Shown: positions 11,567-25,300 of the stretch, one piece after another | Layout: every line of letters starts with the position of its first letter | Numbering within the stretch: the stretch's first letter is position 1 | Origin: Felis catus | Taxonomy: Eukaryota | Direction: 5' to 3' | Assembly (NCBI RefSeq): GCF_018350175.1 | Contig: NC_058368.1 | Span: forward strand, 153,762,001-153,826,000 | DNA length: 64,000 nt | Notes under the pieces: generated by a model | The model's input: the letters and a program-made list of their open reading frames with translations, nothing else | Database searches by the model: none | What the model was told of the DNA's origin: nothing | Position numbers and translations under genes: made by a program

Positions 11567-14410
11567 AAGAAATATAGGTTACATCAACCATGTGTGATAA
11601 ACAGATCTCTGTTTGTAAAGGAGAAGTACTTAAAGTATTCATATATACATATAAAGAAGAAGGTATGCTCTTCTTACCTTTCTGTTCATACTCTTCCATG
11701 GGAGACTTCCAAATCTAGGTTGGTGAAAAATAGAACCTTGATTACTCAAAGTGCTCAGCCTTTATAAATATTCTGTTGTTTTTTCCACTAAGAAACACAT
11801 ACTATCACACCCACATGGTATGATAGAAAATGAAATGAAATGAAATAACAGGTCTAAAAAATAGTTTGGAACTAAACAAAATATAAACTTAAATTGATTG
11901 ACTTATGATATATAAGTGTATTATGTTTTTCTTACAGAACAATTGTCAGATAATATCTAGATTGTAAACTGTGACAATATTATATGAGATATTAAATATA
12001 TTAGATGTAGTAATGTATTTAACTATAATCCTTCCTCTTTTTTCACTTCAACAAATCACAAGCAGAGCAAAGATAATAATTTATATATGAAGAGATTTTG
12101 AAGGGTGGGTCTTAAGTATTTGCAGACTTTTTAAAAAACAGTATTTTCAGTTTTCAACTACATCATGTTTATGGCTTCTGACGTTATTCATCATTGATAG
12201 CTACCTTTATTTGTTTCTCTAGCTATCAGACATGCAATAGAGAAAATAAGAGAAATTGCTCTAGAACTATATTCTCCAAAAGCAAGTTAATTTTAACAGT
12301 AAGTAAATCTCTCTGCTTGAATACTTCATTTTAAATGCACAAGACTGGTGCAGATGTAAAAGAACAGTATAATAGAATAAAGTACATGTGTTTTCTATGT
12401 AAATCACAAAGATGGAAAACATTTTACTTCATGGCATTAATGTCACAGGTCAAAGTCAAAAGCTTATTGCCAATTCAGAGAAAATTTTCTTTTCAATGAC
12501 ATATGGCCTGACCTTCAACTTCTAGTAGTTGTAGAATGGTTAAGGTCAACTATTCCTACATTCAGAAAATCCAAATGATGTACATGACAAATGGTAGAGT
12601 CTATTGTAACTGATTTCTTGGGCAAACACAGTAAAATATTGCACTGTGGGATGAAAGGTTACTGACCTTGTGATATTATGTCTGACACAAATAATTATTT
12701 CCCAATTGAGCTATTTGAAAGGATAGTCAATATTTTGTTTGTTAGACTTCTCCTTCTAGTTTATATGAATTGGAAAGACTCTGCCCCCTCCCTGCACTCC
12801 ACTAAATGGGATATAGCTGTTGGGATTTTATCAGTAACGACAAGTTTTAATGAAGAGCAAGATATTCTTCTTTACTCTTCTTTCTGTACAGTTTTTCTTT
12901 CTTTTTGCCTCTTTTTTAATGAGACTTTTTTTTTAACTGTACCCAATGGAAAAATATAAGCCCTCATGTAGAATTAAAATTTCAATGTTAATAGTTTACT
13001 TCTCCATCTAGAAAGAGAAAAATAAATTTTGAGCATCCATCCTTTATATACTATATACTATACTATTTTTTCTCTCTCTTTTTTTAATAAAGCCTCAATA
13101 GAAACTTATTTGGAAATGCTAACTGTGTCTTATCTCTAAAATATACTGTGCTTCTTGGTTCTGTAACTCTGCCAATGGACTTTTAAAATTCTCTTCTCCC
13201 AAGTTAGGATGGTCTCACCTGTTTTGCATTTTACAGCTCTCCTCCAGCAGTCCAAATGCTAATCAGTACTGCTGATTTTTCTCCCAGCATACTGGATTAA
13301 GGCTATTGTACTCTTTTGCTATATGGCCCATTCATTATAGCACCTTGTCTATTCTGTGTTGTGAAAGCTTAGTACATCTAAGCACTGGATATGCATTCCT
13401 TTGCTGTTCTTTTTGTGTAAACCATGGTCCAAATTTTTCTGCACTAGAAATGCATCAGAGATCACCATTTGGTTTTAATTTACACATTCGGAGATATGAA
13501 CAGAAAGAAATACTACATACATTGATTCCCAAATCCTCTAAATAGCAGGGATTGTGAAAGAGACATTCCTGAACCTATAATATCATTGCTTTACTTACTT
13601 CTCATTGCATTCTGTCCACAATTCTCATAGTTTACACAACATGATCTACAGAAGTAAACTTGAACTACTCAGGGAACTTCTGTAACCTAGGAAAGATGGG
13701 CTCATTCTGAGCCCATTAATTTTCAGGCCACACCATGAAGGAATCCTAGGAACTGTAGTGCAAAAAACCACTCTGCTTATATCTTCTATTGTGCAAGGTT
13801 TGTCTTTAGTCATTTCTACTGTTATTGTTACTTTTCTTGTTCTTCTGTCTATTTCCATGTTGGTAACTACTACTTTGCTTATCTTTACTGTCTGTTAGTA
13901 TTTCTCTTATCCTAGAATTAACATTACTAATGTCCCTGTTTTTGAAGCAACAAAGGAAAGATATTTCTATTTGAAAAGCTGTGCTGAGATAGCTCTATAG
14001 TAGACTAAAGAATTCAGAATATGGGAGAAATTATCTTGTGAAACTTTCTAGCTGACTTTGGCCTGAGAGATACAAAAAAGTTGTAAATCATCACTAGCCA
14101 GATAGAGTGAAGTGTAGCATATTTATGACAGTGCAGTATAAGCCAGGCTGAATTAAAGTTACTTTTTCTTAGGACAGGGCACAAGAAAAAACTCCTGGCT
14201 ATTCCTGGAGAATTCCTGGCTATTTTCTTAAGAGTGATCCAAGAATCAAAATGCCACAGGCAAGGACAACAGTCAATTCTCACCACTTTTCAAAGAATGT
14301 CCTGGAGTGCCTTCCATCCATTACAGTATCATTTACCCTTATAGGATGTTTTGAGAAGCACCCTTCTCACCCAAACCCCCTTGATTCTAATTCATTAATC
14401 CATTAGAAGA

Positions 14411-14910
14411 ATGGCCAAAGTATGGAAAGAGCCCAAATGTCCATCGACAGATGAATGGATAAAGAAGATGTTGTATATATACAATGGAGTATTACTCAGA
14501 CATCAAAAAGAATGAAATCTTAACATTTGCCGCAACGTGGATTGAACTAGAGTGTATTATGCTAAGCAAAATTAGTCCAAGAAAGACAAATATCATGTGG
14601 CTTCACTTATATGTGAAATTTAATATACAAAACAGGTAAACATAAGGGAAGGAAAGCAAAAATAATATAAAAACAGGGAGGGGAGCAAAACATAAGAGAC
14701 TCTTAAATATAGAGAACAGGCTGAGCATTGCTGGAGAGGTTGAGGGTGGAAGGATGGGCTAAATTGGCAAGGGCATTAAGGAGGACACTTGTTGGGATGA
14801 GCATTGTGTGTTATATTTAGGGCATGAATTACTGGGTTCTACTTCTGAAATCATTATTGCACTATATGCTAAGTAACTTGTATGTAAACTTAAAAAAAAA
14901 AGGAAAGAAA
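14411..14910 (+). mobile_element. 5'-truncated carnivore L1 (ORF2 C-terminus, 3' UTR, A tail)
   Basis: tggaaagagcccaaatgtccatcgacagatgaatggataaagaagatg (WKEPKCPSTDEWIKKM); A-rich tail; TSD agaagaat at 14405-14412 and 14911-14918. Confidence 0.93.
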
Positions 14911-16019
14911 AGAAGAATTGTCTTAAGTGATAAACAGGGACATTGATGATATCTGAGGCATTTGACATATAGGCATCCATGACTGTATTGTCATTGTTTG
15001 GGACAAATCAGAAGAGCTATTACCTTCTTGGGAGTAGAGGATTCGGGGAATAAAATATGGTCATGTTACAAAAAGTAAAGAGCTTAAAAAGATATGTTCT
15101 TCAAAATTTTGTTCTAGAACTAGCCTTGTGCATTCCCTCAATATTACATCAAAGAGAAAAAGACCTTACCTCTTTCCATATTACAAGCATTACCATATCA
15201 GGAGTGTAGTTTACATTCTGCATATTTCTGCATCTACCTTTATACCTCTCAGAGTAACTGAGTTTCAATTTTGTATTCAGACCAAAGAAACACTAGAATG
15301 ACCTCATCTATGTGATGCCATCTGTACTTTGTGAATGTCTTACAAATAATTAGGTTTTTCCTTTTCTTTTGGAACCAGACATTTATGGATAGATCAGTTG
15401 CTATAATTTCCACGTTAATCGCCTAGAGAAGGCTCTAGACCCACGTCTTGTGTGAAAGTGATAACCTATCTGAGATTTTACTAGTGACTACAGGACTATT
15501 AAATCCAGAAAGCCTGTCAAATTACATATAAGAAAACAAGACTCCAAAACCTCAAGTTATTGCTCGTAGGTCATAAAGCAATCATTTGTCAATTCTAGAA
15601 ATGACACTTGAAATATTTGATTCTTAGATTGGTACCCTAGTGGTCAGTGTATCACACTGCTTTTTCAACCTCAGGTGACCAAACTATCTCTTACTTAATT
15701 AAGCTCTCTTACAAATACCCATTTTTCCATGTATTAAAATGAGGAAATAATTTTTTAGTTCTGCTTTTAGGTCTGTGAGGAATACCATAAATTATTTTTA
15801 TCTCCACTTTGAAGGTAAGATAATCTGAGTCTTAAGGAAATTTTCCAGGGTATATTATTTATCAAACTTTACAGTATGAATTTCAGAGGGGAATATAAAC
15901 TCTTCTTAACTTCCATTCTCATACCAAAAGCAATGAAACTGGTCGAAGAGGGAAATAATTATTCAAGTTAACAGAGAAGAGCAATAATAAAATTTGGGTA
16001 GATCCCATATGTCCTGATT

Positions 16020-16260
16020 GTTTCTTGGACTCTGTACTCCAGGTTTGGTCTAACGCTACAAGGAAAGCATCAAAGCCTTGGCCAAATTCAATGCACATGA
16101 GTTGCATGCATGCAGCAGTTAGTCAGAAAGAAGAAGTAAAATCCAAGGATGTGGCAATATACTACCTTTCCACTTGAATTAATCATTTTCAGAAAATAAG
16201 ACTAAAAGTACAGTTAAAAAGCAACAAGGGCAAAAGGGAGATTTACTGCCGATCGAAATG
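16020..16260 (+). mobile_element. Possible CR1/L3-type LINE ORF2 C-terminal fossil
   Basis: Frameshifted reading LDSVLQVWS.YKESIKALAKF and later GDLL resembles CR1 LEYCVQFWSPHYKKDIxxLERVQ...RGDLI. Confidence 0.4.
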
Positions 16261-16774
16261 GACTAGTAATTCTTTGCTCATCCTCATAAAAACCATGTAG
16301 TGCAGCAGGAGGAAGAAATTAAAGGAGCATTTAGAAGGCCAGTGACAATGGTATATCACTGTAAAGAAGAAAGAACGAGAGTGTATTAGGTGAACCGTAG
16401 CGCCAAGGAGAGAGAAGTAGGTGTCCACTGTCCTCCTCTGATCTTGTATTATTCATCACAGGGAACTTCCCACATAACAGAAAGTTTCTTCTTGCAGGGA
16501 GAGAAATATTTTGAAAGAGACACATGAAATCTTTTGTGTGCAATTCTTTATGCATATGTAAAAATATATCTCGGTTGATAGAATCAGAAGAGGAACCATA
16601 TTATTTGCTAAAATCTTTAAATATTTGCTGACACCAGAATTGACAACAGATATAACTGATGTAGGTGAAAAAGACTATTTTTGTTGTAACTTTTGAAAGA
16701 TAAATAGTTTTAATAAATATTTTAATTTCAGTAGATATTTTAACTTTTCCAAAATGCTTGCATGTCCTTTATCT

Positions 16775-17075
16775 CATTTATCTGTTTGTTTACAGATATT
16801 TGTTAGTATCTGCTGTGTGCTGGGCTCAGTTCTAGATGCCGGTGATACGTTGGTTAGTTAGACAGATTTTACCCCTGTCCCTGGAAGCTTATATTCTCCT
16901 GGTAGAAAAACAAACAGTAAACAAATAAACAAGATGTTTTTGGAGAGTGATAAACAAACTAAAATGAGATTGGTAAGAGGATGAGTTTCTAGTAGGGCTC
17001 AATTAGGTAGAGTAGTACTGGAGGGCCACTGCACTGAGGGGACTCTAGAGTGAGAAGCAGCCGGTCAAGGGAAGG
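16775..17075 (-). mobile_element. L2 3' end
   Basis: cagatatttgttagtatctgctgtgtgctgggctcagttctagatgccggtgatac...cctgtccctggaagcttatattc. Confidence 0.8.
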
Positions 17076-17659
17076 TTATTATTAGTTTTTTAAGAATTCT
17101 GAGAGGTATTTTGACCCTGCATTAATGTACCTATTTTATAAAATAGGACAGTGACACATGGAATAAATGAACACCCAAGGGAGCATAGTGCGTTGTCACA
17201 TAGCTGACTAATTCCAGGCCTCCTTATTGTTAGGCCAACACCATATTTCTATATGAAAAATAAAGGACAAATTAAGATTAATAGTGTATATGGATTGGTA
17301 AAACAAATGGAAAATGAAGAATCTCACTATTCTGGAGTGATACATGTTTTTCTCATTCACTATTACTGGGTTTGTTTTCCTTGTTTTAATGAAGCTTATA
17401 TCTGTTTGTGTATGATGAGACAGTGCTTTAGAATAGTAGTTTTTAGTTTAAGAAAAAACTGCTAGCAAACTCAAATTAATAATTATGTATATTTAAATGT
17501 ATATATTTTGCCAATAAAGAGAGGGATTCCAAAGTAGTATTATATTAGCAGGAACTCAAATTCAAATCCTTATACTTCTTTGCTCAAAGCCCGTCATCTA
17601 AACTGTATTTTGAAAGCCCCCCACAAAAGATGAAATTGACAGATACTCAATTTCCCCAG

Positions 17660-18060
17660 AAACCTCTTCTGGTTTGTCTGGGCCAAGTAGATACATCACT
17701 GCAGATTCTGAAGAGCTAGGGTGAGAATCCATTTTCATGGTAGATGGCCTCGGGCCAAGAACATTCAAGTTAAAGGAGCAGCAACAGAAGCAGGGCTGTG
17801 CTCCTGTGGAGTGCCCGGAGCTGGTCACAGTGGAGTGCGAGGGCAGCATTTGGTATTTGGTCGCCAGTATTCTCTTAGGTTGGTTTTGGGGTGTGGTTTT
17901 TGTCACTGCCCTGTATCTTGCCTAGCTGTTTTTGGGTTTGCCTAATTCTGAATCTGCTAATCAGACTGTCCAATAATTCTCTGAGCAAACCACTATACTA
18001 TCAGTAATGTCTTCTTTGGTTAAATGCCTCAGAGGTGACATCCATTGCGACATTAAAATC
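17660..18060 (+). mobile_element. Possible ancient ERVL/MaLR-class LTR
   Basis: GC-richer block whose end (cttctttggttaaatgcctcagaggtgacatccattgc) loosely resembles ERVL LTR 3' ends; family not resolved. Confidence 0.35.
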
Positions 18061-18644
18061 ATGTCTGGATACATTTTCTATGAAGGAAAATAACATTTTT
18101 TATAGATATCAGCTTTGTTAGAAATTTCAAGTTGGAGATAGGGCAGAGGGAGTCAGATATATGAAGTTAAAAAAAATCTCCTCAGGTAATTTTGGCAAAT
18201 TCTGCCCCTGTTGAGAACCTCTGGATTAAGATACTTTTTCATTGTTTTAAAGGTCACACAAATAATTATTAATTCATTGAGTTCTGAGGCAGAAATCTGG
18301 AGGGGGGTAGTCAAAGGAATGTTGGGTTCAATCTCAGCTTTTGTGGGCAGAAAATCCTGAGCATTACAAAAATGCATTTTGAGAACACATTGAGGAAGCT
18401 GGAGATTGAGGTTATATATTATATATATTACATATTTATAAAAACAATCTCAGTTACAAGTAAATGTTAAATATATATAAAAACATAAGTATAAAATATT
18501 TTTTGAAAGTTCAGAAACATGTTTAGAGCATATGTTTTATGAAAAATATATTGAACATAATGAGAGATGATTTCTTTAACAATTTTTTCTAAATGAAAGC
18601 ACTAGTTTTCCTGGTAGTTTTGATCTCAATAATTCAGAGTCTTA

Positions 18645-18851
18645 ACTTTTCTTTTTAAAAGTTTATTTATTTATTTTGAGACAGAGCACGAGTGGGGCAA
18701 GCACAGAGAGAGAGGGAGAGAGAGAACCCAAGCAGGCTCTGCACTGTTAGTGAGGAGCCTGATGCGGGGCTGCATCTCACAAACCATGAGACCATGACCT
18801 GAGTCGAAATCAAGAGTTGGATGCTTAACTGACTGAGCCACCCAGGCACCC
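18645..18851 (-). mobile_element. SINEC SINE
   Basis: 16-bp TSD ataattcagagtctta at 18629-18644 and 18855-18870. Confidence 0.96.
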
Positions 18852-20766
18852 TCTATAATTCAGAGTCTTATGTTTGGGGAAAATAATAAAGCCTTTTAAT
18901 ACGCAAAAGTAAAAAAAAACAACAAAACGGCAATGAAAGTAAACAAGTACCTCCCCCCCCTGACATATACACCTAAAAAAAAGGAGAAAAAAAAATTCAC
19001 TAGCCATATCCCACATGGTTAAAAGCCCAAACTGAACAAGTGTATGAAATAAATATAATAAGGAATGTGACAAAGTGTGAAGACGGCTTACATTTCTTTA
19101 AAAATTTTCTGCTTAAGAAAGGTGGTTGTTTTGGAGGTGTGAACAGTGTTAGAGAAAAATTCATTTGGGGGCAAATAATTGCGAACCACATCTTGAACTA
19201 AACACAAGAGTGTGCATGCACTACAGTTCATAAAAACCCTGGGAAAGAGTGCTTTATATATGGATTTTATTTTTTGAGACCATCTAAACATGCTGAACAC
19301 AAATTGAGTTAGCAAATATGCATTGCCATTTGACAATGCCATCAGACAGAACTTTTGATGCTCTATCTGCTCCCTGTAATTATAACATCACATGGTATAG
19401 GACTTTACTTGAAGACGTTAACAGATAATTAACTATCTGAACACCTCCATGGACCAAGATAGTTTTGTCCTTAATGGGTGATTCTGTTACTTACGTAGGA
19501 AAAATTATGTATTTAAAAGACACTGCAGTATTGCAATTTCTACCCTATCATTATTTTTTGTTTATTTCTATATATATTTGTGGTCCTGGATGATAATGAT
19601 TTCCCATTCAGTATATTAACCCCCATACTTTAAGAGTCTAGCCTAAAGCACAGGTGCAAATGATACCTTATTTAAAAAATTATCATATTAAGGGGCCCAG
19701 TTAAAATGTACTCATAATTCATTAGAAGTTTAAGCATTTCATCTCTTCAGCAGATTTGAGGTTCAAATAAATACAGAAAGTACTCGACAGATATCAGAGG
19801 TTAAATGTAATTAATATCCTCCTCTGACCCACAGGTCAAGGACCAGATTTGCATTACACTGGCTAATAATTTAGATTAACAAAGTTTTATCTGCCAAGCA
19901 GCAGGGAATCAATCCATCAGAATGCCATAAAGAACTAGGCAGTGTTGTATGGCATCAGAGGTATATTGGTTAAATGCCCTGTTTCCAGTTGTAAGAATAG
20001 TGAAGTGATTTCCGATTAATCTCATAGCTACTTTATAACAGAACACACTTGGACTTGTTCCCAGATGGTGATTCTCCACAAGCACCTGTGTTAAGTCAAT
20101 GCAGCCATAGGAAAGGAAGGAGTGCCAAGGAAACTGTTCTATTATCCATATTTATGGAATTCTTTTCTCAAGTAATGATCCCATTTGTCAGTGACTTAAC
20201 ATTCACATTTTTAATTGATACTGTTCCATTTGCCTCAATGTAGGAATTTTATCAATATAAATTTACCTTTATTAATAAGTCCCAGGTTTAATTGTTTCAG
20301 ATTCTGCAAGGGATCACACTCAGATAAATAAAGCACATGTGACTGGAAGTAATTAAAAAAAAAAGAAGTTTTGACTTTATCTCTTTCAACAAACTTTAAA
20401 GTAGACGCAATTCAAAACACTCTACAATGGTTCTTGTCTCCCCTCCTAAAGTTCTCATACTCCTCATTTCCAAGTCCCACCCAAATCCTCTCCAACTCAG
20501 ACTTGAAAAACTGTTTTCTTCTCTCTTCTGTCCTACCTTCTCCCTCTCTCATGCTCGTATTATTTTATCAACTTCACCCGTGTGCAGACTTTATCTCCCT
20601 TCTTCCTAGTTGTCCATTTCTATCTCTGAAGGCTTCAGAAACTTGTTTGGCTGAGACATTCCCTTCTCAGAAGGTGAAGGATGGGGAGGGAAACTTGACT
20701 GAATAGGGTGAAGACTGGTGTGGAATGGAAGTGGAAGCAGGGAAGAGAAGGCTGAGATAAATGTGG

Positions 20767-20808
<42 letters not shown>
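20767..20808. repeat. (ATA)n trinucleotide microsatellite, about 14 units
   Basis: Direct reading. Confidence 0.97.
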
Positions 20809-20811
<3 letters not shown>

Positions 20812-21085
20812 TTACCCCATTGCTCCCCAAACATATGTGATGATGTCAAACAGCAAAACAGGGTAAAGATGTATTGATTTTATTTGATTCTTTAAATATT
20901 TTTCACTTACCATTTTATAGGCCATTTTGTTCTATTTTCAGTGTTGTTTTATAAATTGCAACTTTTATTTTCCGTTTCGTCCTTTTTATAAATTACAGCT
21001 TTTATTTTCCATTTCCTTTTATCTTCCACTCCCTGAAGTCTGAACAGTAAAATGACGTTACTTGGAAACCAAAGATCTCTGATAG

Positions 21086-21270
21086 TTTTTAAATGTTTAC
21101 ATATTTGAGAGAGAGAAAGAAGAGAGGAGCATGTGTGAGTGAGTGGGGGCGGGGCAAAGAGAGAGGGAGAGAGAGAATCCCAAGCAGGCTCCATGCTGTC
21201 AGCAAGAGCCCCATGTGTGGGCCTCTGTCTCACAAACCATGAGATCATGACCTGAGCTGAGGTCAAGAAT
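21086..21270 (-). mobile_element. SINEC SINE lacking about 30 nt of its 5' end
   Basis: Body ends at gagatcatgacctgagctgaggtcaagaat; no gccacccagg head and no matching TSD. Confidence 0.93.
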
Positions 21271-21659
21271 GTGTGTGCGTGCGCGCGCTTGTGTGTATCC
21301 CATGTCTTCTTTATCTATTTATCTTTTGATAAAAATTGTTTATGGACACTTGAGCTGCTTCCATAATTTGGCTGTTGTAAATAATGCTGCAATAAACAGG
21401 TTCATGTATTTATTTGAATTAGTGTTTTTGTATATTTTGGGTAAATAGCCACTAATGTGATTACTAGCTCATAGGGTAGTTCTATTTTTAACTTTTTGAG
21501 GAAACTCCATACTGTTTTCCATAGTGGCTGCACCAGTTTGCATTTCCACCAAAAGTGCATGAGGGTTCCTTTTTCCCTCCATCCTTGCCAACAATTGTTG
21601 TTCCTTGTGTTTTTGGTTTCAGCCATTCTGACAGGTGTGGGGTAATATCCATTATAGTT

Positions 21660-21859
21660 TTTTTAAAATTAATTTATGTATTTTGAGAGAGCATGTAAAT
21701 AGTGGAGGGGCAGAGACAGAGGGAGAGAGAGAATCTCAAGCCGTCTTTGCACTGTCAGTGCAGAGCCCCATGTGGGGTTCTATCTCATGGACTGTGAGAT
21801 CATGACCTGAGCCAAGATCAAGACTCTGACACTTAACTGACTGAGCCCTCCGGGCACCC
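21660..21859 (-). mobile_element. SINEC SINE nested in L1 ORF2
   Basis: SINE body; imperfect TSD tatccattatagttt / tatctcactgtagttt. Confidence 0.95.
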
Positions 21860-22106
21860 TGTATCTCACTGTAGTTTTGATTTGCATTTCCCTGATGATG
21901 AGTGATATTGAACATCTTTTCATATGTCTGTTGGCCATCTGATATCTTCTTTGAATAAGTGTCTTGTTATGTTTTCTGCCCATTTTTAACTGGGTTATTT
22001 GTTTTTGAATGTCGAGTTTTATAAGTGCTTTATATATTTTGGATACTAATCCTTTATTGGATATGGCATTGGCAAATGTCTTCTCCCATTCAGTAGGTTG
22101 TCTTTT

Positions 22107-22313
22107 TTGAAATTTTTTAACATCTATCGTTTTTGAAGGACAGAGAGCAAGTGAGGGAGGGATAGAGAGAGAGGGAAACACAGAATCTGAAGCAGGCTGC
22201 AGGCCCCTGTGCTGTCAGCACAGAGCTGGATGTGGGGTTTGAACCCACAAACCATCAGATCATGACCTGAGGCAAAGTCAAATGCCTAACCAACTGAATG
22301 ACCCAGGCGCCCC
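22107..22313 (-). mobile_element. SINEC_Fc-like SINE nested in L1 ORF2
   Basis: 15-bp TSD agtaggttgtctttt at 22092-22106 and 22316-22330. Confidence 0.95.
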
Positions 22314-25300
22314 TTAGTAGGTTGTCTTTTAATTTTATTGATTGTTTCCTTTGCTGTGCAGAAATTTTTTATTTTGATTTAGTCTCCATAGTTTATTTTT
22401 GCTTTTATTTCACACGACTTAGGAATATATCTAGAAAAATGTTTCTATGGCCAATGTCAGAGAAATTACTGCCTGTGTTCTCTTCTAGGATTTTTATGGT
22501 TTTAGGTCTCACAGTTAGGCCTTTAATCCATTTAGAGCTAGGTTTGGTTTATGGTGAAAGAAAGTAGTCCAGTTTCATTTTTATGTATATTACTGTCCAG
22601 TTTTCCTGACACCATTTGTTGAAGAGACTGTTCTTTTCCCACTGTGTATTCTTTCCTTCTTTGTTGAAGATTAATTGACTATTTAGTTGTGGCTTTTCTA
22701 TTATGTTCTATTGATCTATGGGTCTATATTTTAGTGCCAGTACCATACTGTTCTAATTACTACAGCTTTTTAATATAACTTTAAGCTAGAATTGTAATGT
22801 CTTCAGTTTTGCTTTTCTTTTTCAGGATTACTTTGGCTATTCAGGGTCTTTTGTGGTTCCATACAAATTTTAGAGTTGTTCCCGTTCTGTGAAAAATTCT
22901 ATTGGTATTTTGATAGGGATTGCATTAAATCTGTAGCTTGATTTGGTAGTATAGACATTTTAATAATATTTGTTCTTTCAATGCATGAACATGGAATGTC
23001 TTTCAATTTCTTTGTGTTGTGTCTAATTTCTTTCATCAATGTCTTATAGTTTTCAGAAGGTCTTTTACCTCTTCAATCAAGTTCATTTTTGGGTATTTTA
23101 TTATTTTAGGTGTAATTGTAAATGGGATTGTTTTCTTAATTTCTCTTTCTGCTTCTTCATTATTATATATAGAAATGCAACAGATTTCTGCACATTGATT
23201 TTTTTTTTTTTACCCTGCAACTTTACTAACTTAATTTATCAGTTCTAGTAGCTTTTTTGGTGGAGTCTTGGATTTTCTATATATCATGTCATCTGCATAT
23301 GGTAAAAGTTTTACTTCTTCCTTACCAATTTGGATACCTTTTATTTCCTTTTGTATTCTGGTTGCTCTGGCTTTGACTTTCAGTACTATGTTGAATAAAG
23401 GTGGTGAGAGTATACATCCTTGTCTTGTTCCTGACCCTAGGGGAAATTCTCTCAGGTTTTCCCCATTGAGTGTGATGTTTGCTGGGGGGATTTTCATATA
23501 AGGATTTTATTTTGTTGAGATATGTTCCATCTAGACCCACTTTGTTGAGGCTTTTTATCATGAATGGATATTGTTCTTTGTCAAATGCTTTTACTACATC
23601 TATTGAAATGATCATATGGTTTTTATCCTTTCTCTTATTGATGTGATTATCATGTTGATTGATTTGCAAATATTGAACCAGTCTTGTATCCTGGGAATGA
23701 ATGCCACTTGATCATGGTGACTGATTAATGTACTGTTGGATTCAGTTTGCTGGTATTTTGTTGAGGAATTTTGCATCTATGTTTTGGCCTATAGTTCTCT
23801 TTTTTTTGTACTGTCTTAATCTGGTTTTGGTATCAGGGTAATGCTGGCTTCATAGGATGAATTTGGAACTTTTTTTCCTCTTCTATTTTTTGGAATAGTT
23901 TGAGAAGAATTGGTATTAACTCTTCTTTAAATGTTTGATAGATTTCACCTGTGAAGCTATCTGGTTATGAACTTTTGTTTTTTGGGAGTTTTTTGATTAC
24001 TAGTCCAATTTCATAACTGGTTATCAGTGTGTTCAAATTTTCTAATTTTTCCTGTTTCAGTTTTGGGAGATTATATGTTTCTAGGAATTTACCCATTTCT
24101 TCTTGGTTGTCCCATTTATTGACATATAATTTTTCATAATATTCCCTTTTAATTGTTTGTATTTCTGTTGTGTTGATTGTTATTTCTATTTCTCCTCTTC
24201 CTTTTGTGATTTTGTTTACTTCAGTGCTTTCTCTCTCTCTCTGTCTCTCTCTGTCTCTCTCTTGATTAGTCTGTCTAGAGGTTTCCCAATTGTGTTGGTC
24301 TCTTCGAAGAAACAGCCTCTAGTTTCATTGATCTGTACTATTGTTTTTTTAGTATTTGTGTCATTTATTTCTGCTCTAGTCTTTATTATTTCCTTCCTTC
24401 TGCTATTTTGGGTTTTGTTTGTTCTCATTTTTCTAGCTTTTTTGGGTGTAAAGTTAGGTTGTTTATTTGAGATTTTTTCTTCTTCTTAAGGTAGCCCTGT
24501 ATTGCTATAAAATTCCCTCTTAAACCCATTTTGCTGCATCCCAAAGATTTTGCACTGTTGTGTTTTCATTTTCATTCATTTCCATGTAATTTTTTGATTT
24601 CATCTTTGATATGGTTGACCCATTTATTGTTTAGTAACTTGTTATTTAACCTCCATGTATTTGTGCTCTTTCAGATTTTTTCTTATGGTTGATTACTAGT
24701 TTCATAGCATTGTTCTTAGAAAGACGCATGGTATGACTTCATTCTTTTTGAACTTGTTGAGACTTGTTTTGTGGCCTAATATGTGATCTATTCTGGAGAA
24801 TATTTCATGTGCACTTGAGAAGAATATGTATTCTCCTGTTTTGGGGTGGAATGTTCTGAGTATGCCCGTTAAATCCATCTAGTCCAGTGTATCTTTCAAA
24901 GTCTGTTTCCTTGTTGATTATCATTTTGGATCATCTGTCTATTGATGTAAGTGGGGTATTAAAGTCCCTTGGCATTATTACATTACTCTCAATTAGTACC
25001 TTTATATTTATTAACTGTTTTATGTATTTGGGTGCTTCCATGTTGGATGTACAAATATTTACAATTGTTATGCCTTCTTGTTGGAGTGCCCCTTTTATTA
25101 TTATATAGTGGCCTTCTTTGTCTCTTGTTATAGTGTTTGCTTTAAAGTCTTATTGTCCAATATAAGGATCGCTACCCTAGCTATCTTTTGTCATTTGTTT
25201 GCATAATAAATATTTCTCCATCCCCTCTCTTTCAATCTGCAGATGTCTATCTGAAATAAGTTTCTTGAGGGCAACATATAGATGGGTCATGTTTTTTTTA

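Noticed and set aside
17737..17925. 62-aa ATG ORF with hydrophobic C-terminus (tail-anchor-like)
   Set aside because: No homology I recognise, no promoter or splice support, and it lies in a probable LTR relic
20606..20849. Poly-Leu / poly-Ile ORFs resembling signal or TM segments
   Set aside because: Translation of the (ATA)n microsatellite
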